From Antedon mediterranea (taxonomy: Eukaryota > Animalia > Echinodermata): DNA of 64,000 nucleotides. Under the pieces are notes generated by a model. That model did no database searches, was not told the DNA's origin, and saw nothing but the letters and a program-made list of their open reading frames with translations. Positions within the stretch are counted from its first letter, which is position 1, and every line of letters starts with the position of its first letter. Shown piece by piece: positions 53,997 through 64,000 of the stretch. The position numbers were made by a program, and so were the translations under genes. The stretch lies in assembly GCF_964355755.1 (NCBI RefSeq), contig NC_092679.1:23605432-23669431 (forward strand), read 5' to 3'.

Positions 53997-55384
53997 TTAC
54001 TTCAAACCATTTTGTCACAAAATATCTCATTATAGGCCTATACAAAATATAAATGTATATATTCTGAAACATTTGAACAATAATAACTGTTTCTATGGTC
54101 AGTAGTTATCGAGATATAGCATATCAAGGTCAAAAGAAAAAAAATGGCATTTCCTGTAATTGTCAGAATGTTTTAGAGTAAATATAAATATGTGTATATT
54201 CTCAGTATTTAAAGCCCATAGTTTGCCGAGATATTGAAATGCTACTGAAAAATATCAATTTCAAAGGTCAAAAAATGCAAGAAATAGAATTTCCGGGCAT
54301 TTTTGGCCAAAATGAGAGCAGAGCAAATATAAATTTATATATGTGAACTTTATTCAATCAATCGTACATTTGTTATAATGGTAACCGCAATAAGGTATAA
54401 TATTACAAATAAATATGTTCTGAATATTTTGGTACCAGAAACATGTCAATAAACAAATTAAAATGTCCATATCTTAAAGATCTGGAAATTTTTACTTGTT
54501 TTTCCGGTCGAAAATTCCCAATACTACCAAATCCGTTGAAATCCGTTCTACTCTACTATTTAAGTTAGCTTTAGGCTAATCTATGTATGTTTGGGGTGGT
54601 TGTTCAATACTAGGGAGGCATGTTTTACAAGATAAGCTTTTGAGCTGATCTACTGAACATTAAAAATGTCAATGGCAATGGTCATTTATGATAATATTAG
54701 GGATCATGCTGAACATTTTAAAGCATGTTTTATAAGGTTAAGTCGAATTTTTGGAGGGTGGGGTGTTTCACAGTGTCTGGCGGGCAATTAGAATGTTAAT
54801 TTAAACTGATCTAGCTCATTTGTGGCCCTCCTGAAATGGGGTCTGGCAGGCACACCCACCAGTAAAATTGTATGGCAATGGTCATTCATTACATTTCACT
54901 CTATGTCAAACAATTTGCAAAAGATTTCATTGAGTTAACTTTTCGGTTGATCTAGATCATATTTTTGACCCTAGTACAATGCCCCTCCTAGCCACACCCA
55001 CCAAAATAAACTCGCCAGACTGTCATTTCCATTTGATATGTACGTTGATAATTGCCACATGCATAGAAATTGGTTAACTTTCCAGCTAGGTTGACCCCTC
55101 TGGTCTCCTGCTCTATAATGTCAGGTGTTTCGACACACAAGTAGTTTTAAAAACCCAATTTGTTCAAATCAATCCGCTTGTTTGAGGCGTTTTGATAGGC
55201 TAGTCTATTATACTATAGGAAGCAATCTCATCCGTTTGGCTTTTTTTTTTATCTAGTAAAGTGGTGGTACGGTCCTGCATGGTTAACCAAGCACCACTGT
55301 CTTAAGCCTGTTTTCCAGCCGACGTTATTCGACGACGCTATCATCGTTGATCGTTAAAAGTTAACTTAAGTAATATACACTCAC

Positions 55385-55456
55385 AGTTCTTTCAATGCTA
55401 TCAAATCAGCAAATGCATTGGCTGGCAATGTAACTATTTGGTTATAGCTCAAATAC
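55385..55456 (-). CDS. LRR cassette exon of gene B: (L)YLSYNQIVTLPANAFADLIALKE(L)
   Basis: ctttaaag|G...CT|gtgagt; 72 nt. Confidence 0.87.
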
Positions 55457-55801
55457 CTTTAAAGAAAGAATACAAACGTAGAATACAATTATACATTATT
55501 TTAATGTGATACAAATTTACTACAAAATACACATTTCTACAAAAAAAGTACTTATTATTATATTATTTCCGCTGAACGACACGAAATCACAAAAAAACAG
55601 TTATTTTAATAATGTTTTTTTATTTTCATGACTGTTTCGGTATTGTTATGCCTATTAATTACCTACACAATGGTATGTTATGTTTTTTTAAGTTTTTGAA
55701 ACAGTAAAGAAAAGTGGTACGGCCCTGCATGCACTGTCTTAAGCCTGTTTTCTCGACGCTATTATCGTTTAGTTGTAAAAGTTAACTTAAGTAATACTTA
55801 C

Positions 55802-55873
55802 AAAAATGTCAATGCTGTCAAATCAGCAAATGCATTGTCTGGCAATGTAACTATTTGGTTAAAACCCAATTTC
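55802..55873 (-). CDS. LRR cassette exon of gene B: (L)KLGFNQIVTLPDNAFADLTALTF(L)
   Basis: tttaaag|G...TT|gtaagt; 72 nt. Confidence 0.87.
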
Positions 55874-57063
55874 CTTTAAATAAAAAGTACAAACGTAGAA
55901 TACAATTATACATTATATTAATGTGATAAATATTTACTACAAAATACAAATTACTACAAAAAAGTACTTACTTCATTATATTATTTCCGCTGAACGACAC
56001 AAAATCACAGAAAAACAGTTATTTTATGGTGTTTTTTAAGGTATCTCTGTGTTATTATTTGACCGATTTTTATGACTGTTTCCTTATTTTTATGCCTAAT
56101 TATTTTCCTACAATATCATGTTGTTTTTATTTTTTTAGTGTTTGAAACATTGTCGGCATTGACGTTTTAAAGTAAGATGATCAAAAAATCGTCCTATTGT
56201 TGCGACGTCTATGTGGACTGCACCCGATTCTGTAGCTGTTAGTACATTCAACGTGGAAGACTATTGACAGTCTACCAGAGACCTATCTGACTGTATTAAG
56301 TACTTTTAATACACGATATCGCTGTCATTAGGTTCCTATCTGGAGACAATTTGTAACGTTATAGCTATATTCAATATAAAATCCACTCGGCAACCAGAAT
56401 AGTATAGTAGCACAGGTTATGGTATTGCCATGCAAGAAAGGCCTAGGCCTAGTCAATTATTGTACGAATTACGTAATTAGTTTAGTAGCTCATCTACCTT
56501 TTTAGCAGGGCATAATGAATATCGTAGCTAGGCTAGGCCTACTAGCGTGAAATCAACCAATTATTTGGGTGGTATGAGGGGGGTGGGTAGGAAGTTAAGT
56601 ACGAGTTGGCATGGGTACGAGTCGACCAGGGTACACCCACTAGCCCCACTACTAGAGCATAGGCTATAGTCCTGCGAGAATGGGAAATCTGGCCTAGATA
56701 GGCATAGGCCTAAATTAGGTACGCCGCAAAAAAGCTATCCTATGAGCATAAAAAGGCCTCGTAGTAGAGCCAAAGGTGTTAGCCCACTACTACGGATCAC
56801 TAATTAATCTATCTAGGCCCGGGCTAGCTAGCCTAGGCCTATAGAGTTAATTTTAAATTAAGTAGGCCTAGGCCTGGTTGGTTGGTTGCTGGGCTTCAGT
56901 AATTTCGGTCGCATTTTCGGCCTACTTTTCAGGACATGTGAGAGGTGAGGTAGGTTAGCCCAGCTAGGCTAACCTAACCTGTAAGTAGTATTCTAGCCCA
57001 TCCATGATGCCTGATGGGTACGAGTTGGCAGCCATTGGTACGAGTTGACCCGTATTCTAGCTA

Positions 57064-57265
57064 GGGTGTCCTGGTCAACCCGTACCCAAACCAACCCGTA
57101 TGTAATATAAATATACTTTTAATAGCATTAAACATGGGTACAGGCGCGCCAGCCCATGATGAGTACGAGCCAGCCCATGATGTGCAGGAGTGGGCCAACA
57201 TTTTGGGTATGAGTAAACCAAAATTTGGGTACGTTGTTGGCATGGGTACGTGTTGACCTGTATCC
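57064..57265. mobile_element. MULE-type MITE nested in the foldback arm (mirror copy at 62862-63064)
   Basis: GG...CC termini, cgtaccc subterminal repeats, 9-bp TSD ttctagcta. Confidence 0.75.
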
Positions 57266-59201
57266 TTCTAGCTAATCTTACTAGGCCTAGAGTAGAGTAG
57301 GTCTATGCTATACCCAGACCGGTTACAATAATGGTCTATTCATTCTGTTTATACTGTAGCTTTATTGATAGCTGGGTTGGGGCGGCTTTTTCTCATTCTA
57401 AAACAGATTTCCTTATCATAATAAAATAATATATAAATTTAAATGTAATATTGTATACATAATATTAGTAATTGCCATTGCATTTATTATAATTATATAT
57501 TATACGGTTACCCCTTAATTATACTATAGTATAATTTTCTTGTTATATTTTACAATATTTTCTTCATAGTTCAACAATTTTTTCTTTCACAGGAAAAATT
57601 ATCATACTGAATCATCACACACCAAGTCTCATAAAGCTCTACTGTATTTCTCCAAGGTACTCCAGCTACATGGTATTGCCTTGAGGCTAAACTACAGTAA
57701 ACGATATACTGGCACTACCATCATTCCTGGCCCGTCAACCTGGACCACATTACAGTATGGTCCAACACATAAGTACAGTAGTCGTACTACTGATTCAAAA
57801 TAGTGAATTACACCCTGTGGTCAAGGCTTTATTTGCTCTTATGCTTATTTCCTCCAAATACAGAGTACGTAGGGCTTTCAATTTGCTTTTATACCTGTTA
57901 ATTTAAAAATCGTTTATGCCTATTGTTGCATAAAGTATCAAATTTAGACTGTAAATACTGGGATGATCACCCTAAATTTTCTTTTTCAATTAACAATTTT
58001 ATATTTCACAGCTGAAAAATGCACTAAAGCATCATATAGAGATTTTTTATTCATAACTGTTAAATTGCATCCCAATACATGGTACCTATATAAAAATACA
58101 AAGGCGGCCAACACAGATAGTTTGATATATACAGTACTCTCTTATAAATAGATGTATCTCTCCAAACTACTCCAACTACCTAATTAGCATACTATTGTAC
58201 ACTTTGTAGACAAGAAATAAATTGTATCCACCTAGAGGACTTATGGTAGTACAGTCGATCGTCCTGTCACTGGCCCGGTCAACATAATCTACGCCTAGAT
58301 TATTACAGTAATTAAAGTACATTATTACAGAGATTTTTTTTTTTTTGCAGATCAAAGTTATGTGTATAGAAAGCAGTACTCGTATTAAAAACTAAGCAGG
58401 TTATATTCTTGTACGCAAACTGGCAGGATGTTTTGAATATTTTTTGTTGTTGAAATGATGGAATCCTAACGTCATTTTCCACGAGCTGGAGAGTGACAAA
58501 GACATATTACGACCCTTTTATTTAAATTTATTTGGATAGACCTCCATGTAAATTCATTAAAGGCTATATGATTGTTTTATATTTTAATATGTGATAGTAG
58601 ATAATCATTGTGCATAATGAAGACTATGAATCTAATATTTACTTGCATTCTCATCTTTGTTTATGTAACTATTTTGTCTAATTGCATTGGATTTTTGTAT
58701 AGGCCAATGGCATTAATGTTTTTCTCAAAGCAAATTAGCCTAATAATGCCATATTTAGACACATAATTCATTGATTTCTGATATTCTGTACTTGTGTATG
58801 CATTACTAAAATAGTAGTTATTTTATTACTTTTATAATGTATAAACATTTATTCATTTTTTTTTTACATTTTTTAATTTAAAAATTATTAAAATACCTAT
58901 CTACCTTTCTGTTATTGTTACTATTATAATATTTTTTGAGGCAGATTGATTTCAATAAAAAAAAATTAAAACAATTAATTTGACTTATACTGTACTATGT
59001 TAGTTCAGGAGATGAAGTGTGTGTGGGCAGAATCTGGTGTGTTGGAGGTTGGTGATGCGAGGTGTATAGTTGTCACTTTAAGACCTAAATTAGATGTTTT
59101 CTGAAGAAAAGAAGTAAGAGGATAGGCTTTCAAACAACTTCAAGAAGATTCACACAGAAATAATTACTTCCCAATAAAATAGTATGTAACTGTGTATATT
59201 A

Positions 59202-60108
59202 CAGTACATTGAATAAACTCGAGCGGAAAAATAACACACATAAAAAAATATTAATTTTCTTGTCCAAAAACGCCCTCTCTAGTTTTCTATTAATTTATTA
59301 ATAATTATTATTAATTAATGAGCAATTATAAACATATTTTTAACATTTAATGCTTGAAGCTGATTCTACTCCTAACAAAGTTTCTTACCTCCAAATTTCA
59401 TCAACGTATTCAAAGCACTTCAATAAATATCACATTCAACATTAAAAATTAGGGTTATGATAGAATTTTGCTTAAAAACATATACAAAAAACATTGATAA
59501 AAAATATTTTTCGTATTCAAAAACATTTGATACTTGGTATAAATGTTCAATATAGGTTGCTCCATCCATATTGCAAAAAATAAATAAATATCGAGCCATA
59601 TCACTGATTTTTTAAATTTACGTTTTTACAAAATGTACACTTATGAAAGATCGTACAACTCCAACGCATTTTTTAAACCTAATAACGATTTTGAAAAAAC
59701 AACCAAAAAAAAAACGTTCATGAATGAAATTTTTTTTCTGTGAATAGAGCAACCTATATTGAACATATAAAAAAAGTTTCAAATGTTTTTAAATTCGAAA
59801 AGTATTTTTTATCGATGTTTTTTGTATACTGTTTTTAAGCAAAATTCTATCATAACCCTAATTTTTAATGTTCAATGTGATATTTATTGAAGTGCTTTGA
59901 ATACGTTGATGAAATTTGGAGGTAAGAAACTTTGTTAGGAGTAGAATCAGCTTTAAGCATTAAATGTTAAAAATATGTTTATAATTGCTCATTAATTAAT
60001 AATAATTATTAATAAATTAATAGAAAACTAGAGAGGGCGCTTTTCGACAAGAAAATGAATGTTTTTTTATGTGTGTTATTTTTCCGCTCGAGTTTATTCA
60101 ATGTACTG
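59202..60108. mobile_element. Probable Tc1/mariner-type MITE at the palindrome centre
   Basis: ta|CAGTACATTG...CAATGTACTG|ta; its TIRs (about 360 bp) are visibly more mismatched than the outer arms. Confidence 0.6.
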
Positions 60109-63100
60109 TAATATACACTGTTACATACTATTTTATTGGGAAGTAATTATTTCTGTGTGAATCTTCTTGAAGTTGTTTGAAAGCCTATCCTCTTACTTCT
60201 TTTCTTCAGAAAACATCTAATTTAGGTCTTAAAGTGACAACTATACACCTCGCATCACCAACCTCCAACACACCAGATTCTGCCCACACACACTTCATCT
60301 CCTGAACTAACACAGTACAGTATAAGTCAAATTAATTGTTTTAATTTTTTTTTATTGAAATCAATCTGCCTCAAAAAATATTATAATAGTAACAATAACA
60401 GAAAGGTAGATAGGTATTTTAATAATTTTTAAATTAAAAAATGTAAAAAAAAAATGAATAAATGTTTATACATTATAAAAGTAATAAAATAACTACTATT
60501 TTAGTAATGCATACACAAGTACAGAATATCAGAAATCAATGAATTATGTGTCTAAATATGGCATTATTAGGCTAATTTGCTTTGAGAAAAACATTAATGC
60601 CATTGGCCTATACAAAAATCCAATGCAATTAGACAAAATAGTTACATAAACAATTAATACTAATATTGGTAGGCATAAAATAAAAGTGTATATAAACTTT
60701 CCTTAAATATAAACAGTATAGGGCCTTACCAATTTATTTAATACATAATATATAAACTATATTACCACAAAATAAATATAAATGAATTTATAAGGACATG
60801 ATGATTATCAAAAATAGTCAATATAATTTAATATTATGTTCATATTATTATAATTATTATATCATAAAGATTTTCAAAAACATAGTTTGATAACTTTTAG
60901 TTTATGTTAGATATCAGACCTTTAATATTTGGAAATAACCTATAATAACTATAAAACATTCTTCTTTTGAACGCAGTATGCATATGTAGATACAGTACAC
61001 ATATATTGTAAGAACACAATTTCAATAATTTCTTTGTTAGTTATCAACCTAGGGGTTAAGTTATTAGGAAAACATTGGTTTATTTTTTATATAAATTATA
61101 TGTACAGAAATTCGTTCTTCTAGCCTCAGATCATTCCTGAAGTTAGACATAAATCACCCAAATTAGTATTAAGTAATGGATATTAGATGAAGTACAGTAC
61201 AAACATTTTTCAGGAGGATACTTTATGTTAAAAGGTGATAATTAGTTTAAATTTTACCCCGATGAAATTTATTCAATTACCAGGTTGAAGTATGGTGGAA
61301 ACACTACTATATGGCAGAATAAATGTACTCATGTAGAACACAGTCAGTTCTACCAAGGTTAGAGGTGTGCCACAATTTGAGATAAGTGGAAACATGACTT
61401 TTTCAATAGTAAACTCATTACCAGCATTATAAATACAATTTTAAAAAGATGAGAATGCAAGTAAATATTAGATTCATAGTCTTCATTATGCACAATGATT
61501 ATCTACTATCACATATTAAAATATAAAACAATCATATAGCCTTTAATGAATTTACATGGAGGTCTATCCAAATAAATTTAAATAAAAGGGTCGTAATATG
61601 TCTTTGTCACTCTCCAGCTCGTGGAAAATGACGTTAGGATTCCATCATTTCAACAACAAAAAATATTCAAAACATCCTGCCAGTTTGCGTACAAGAATAT
61701 AACCTGCTTAGTTTTTAATACGAGTACTGCTTTCTATACACATAACTTTGACTTCTGCAAAAAAAAAAAAAATCTCTGTAATAATGTACTTTAATTACTG
61801 TAATAATCTAGGCGTAGATTATGTTGACCGGGCCAGTGACAGGACGATCGACTGTACTACCATAAGTCCTCTAGGTGGATACAATTTATTTCTTGTCTAC
61901 AAAGTGTACAGTAGTATGCTAATTAGGTAGTTGGAGTAGTTTGGAGAGATACATCTATTTATAAGAGAGTACTGTATATATCAAACTATCTGTGTTGGCC
62001 GCCTTTGTATTTTTATATAGGTACCATGTATTGGGATGCAATTTAACAGTTATGAATAAAAAATCTCTATATGATGCTTTAGTGCATTTTTCAGCTGTGA
62101 AATATAAAATTGTTAATTGAAAAAGAAAATTTAGGGTGATCATCCCAGTATTTACAGTCTAAATTTGATACTTTATGCAACAATAGGCATAAACGATTTT
62201 TAAATTAACAGGTATAAAAGCAAATTGAAAGCCCTACGTACTCTGTATTTGGAGGAAATAAGCATAAGAGGAAATAAGCATAAGAGCAAATAAAGCCTTG
62301 ACCACAGGGTGTAATTCACTATTTTGAATCAGTAGTACGACTACTGTACTTATGTGTTGGACCATACTGTAATGTGGTCCAGGTTGACGGGCCAGGAATG
62401 ATGGTAGTGCCAGTATATAGTTTACTGTAGTTTAGCCTCAAGGCAATACCATGTACAGTAGCTGGAGTACCTTGGAGAAATACAGTAGAGCTTTATGAGA
62501 CTTGGTGTGTGATGATTCAGTATGATAATTTCTCCTGTGAAAGAAAAAATTGTTGAACTATGAAGAAAATATTGTAAAATATAACAAGAAAATTATACTA
62601 TAGTATAATTAAGGGGTAACCGTATAATATATAATTATAATAAATGCAATGGCAATTACTAATATTATGTATACAATATTACATTTAAATTCATATATTA
62701 TTTTATTATGATAAGGAAATCTGTTTTAGAATGAGAAAAAGCCGCCCCAACCCAGCTATCAATAAAGCTACAGTATAAACAGAATGAATAGACCATTATT
62801 GTAACCGGTCTGGGTATAGCATAGACCTACTCTACTCTAGGCCTAGTAAGATTAGCTAGAAGGATACAGGTCAACACGTACCCATGCCAACAACGTACCC
62901 AAATTTTGGTTTACTCATACCCAAAATGTTGGCCCACTCCTGCACATCATGGGCTGGCTCGTACTCATCATGGGCTGGCGCGCCTGTACCCATGTTTAAT
63001 GCTATTAAAAAGTATATTTATATTACATACGGGTTGGTTTGGGTACGGGTTGACCAGGACACCCTAGCTAGAATACGGGTCAACTCGTACCAATGGCTGC

Positions 63101-64000
63101 CAACTCGTACCCATCAGGCATCATGGATGGGCTAGAATACTACTTACAGGTTAGGTTAGCCTAGCTGGGCTAACCTACCTCACCTCTCACATGTCCTGAA
63201 AAGTAGGCCGAAAATGCGACCGAAATTACTGAAGCCCAGCAACCAACCAACCAGGCCTACTTAATTTAAAATTAACTCTATAGGCCTAGGCTAGCTAGCC
63301 CGGGCCTAGGCCTAGATAGATTAATTAGTGATCCGTAGTAGTGGGCTAACACCTTTGGCTCTACTACGAGGCCTTTTTATGCTCATAGGATAGCTTTTTT
63401 GCGGCGTACCTAATCTAGGCCTATGCCTATCTAGGCCAGATTTCCCATTCTCGCAGGACTATAGCCTATGCTCTAGTAGTGGGGCTAGTGGGTGTACCCT
63501 GGTCGACTCGTACCCATGCCAACTCGTACTTAACTTCCTACCCACCCCCTCATACCACCCAAATAATTGGTTGATTTCACGCTAGTAGGCCTAGCCTAGC
63601 TACGATATTCATTATGCCCTGCTAAAAAGGGAGATGAGCTACTAAACTAATTACGTAATTCGTACAATAATTGACTAGGCCTAGGCCTTTCTTGCATGGC
63701 AATACCATAACCTGTGCTACTATACTATTCTGGTTGCCGAGTGGATTTTATATTGAATATAGCCTATAACGTTACAAATTGTCTCCAGATAGGAACCTAA
63801 TGACAGCGATATCGTGTATTAAAAGTACTTAATACAGTCAGATAGGTCTCTGGTAGACTGTCAATAGTCTTCCACGTTGAATGTACTAACAGCTACAGAA
63901 TCGGGTGGTGGACTGGTACTGAGTCTCAAGTAAACTGGAACTACTTTTCCAAAAACTTTATTTGTGTACGAGTGGGAAAGTTATAATTTGTAATCTGAAA

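Larger units (their letters stand above)
51477..55115. mobile_element. Academ-like non-autonomous DNA transposon with TIRs of about 350-400 bp
   Basis: taa|TAGA...TCTA|taa (3-bp TSD); 51477-51873 is the inverted counterpart of about 54770-55115. Confidence 0.7.
56221..63907. mobile_element. Giant foldback DNA element (7.7 kb; arms of about 3.3 kb; loop 59563-59746)
   Basis: Termini CACCCGATTCTGTAGC...GCTACAGAATCGGGTG; 8-bp TSD gtggactg (56213-56220 / 63908-63915); paralogous empty site gtggtctg at 51368-51375; no transposase ORF. Confidence 0.92.

Noticed and set aside
57061-63135. Identical ORF pairs (57061/62884 and 57963/61955) as duplicated genes
   Set aside because: Short, motif-less and explained by the palindrome; one lies within a MITE.
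56221-63907. Assembly fold-back artefact
   Set aside because: The TSD, the paralogous empty site and arm-specific indels support a real element, though read-level confirmation is still needed.

Overview
AT-rich, intron-containing animal genomic DNA, probably a marine invertebrate (possibly an echinoderm; this is inference only). The host content is a tandem cluster of three minus-strand GRL101/RXFP-like leucine-rich-repeat GPCR (LGR) genes buried in transposons. Gene C contributes its 5' part (signal peptide 8511-8568, LRRNT exon 5732-5864, LRR exons 1464-1529 and 266-337) and runs off the left edge. Gene A (18768-27461) is a pseudogene with no LRR exons and a 5-bp frameshift in TM5. Gene B has an intact 7TM exon (32926-34030) and at least five LRR exons up to 55873, with its 5' end beyond the right edge. 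The main observation is that the LRR ectodomain is built from duplicated exon+intron cassettes. These 72-nt phase-2/2 exons have a nearly invariant 51-nt core, while the codons for the concave-face xxL|xLxx residues are hypervariable and split across the splice junction. This suggests a modular, diversifying receptor system. Other notable items are a 7.7-kb foldback element with an 8-bp TSD centred on an older MITE, and recurrent TA-CWG-TA / TA-GGCC-TA excision-footprint-like indels, one adding Arg-Pro to the GPCR tail. The window also holds deep TE nests (RTE, CR1/L2-group, Tx1, Penelope, Helitron/HINE, Kolobok, Academ, MULE and Harbinger types, SINEs) and three young tandem arrays. All exon models and alignments were read by eye and are unverified by transcripts or database searches.
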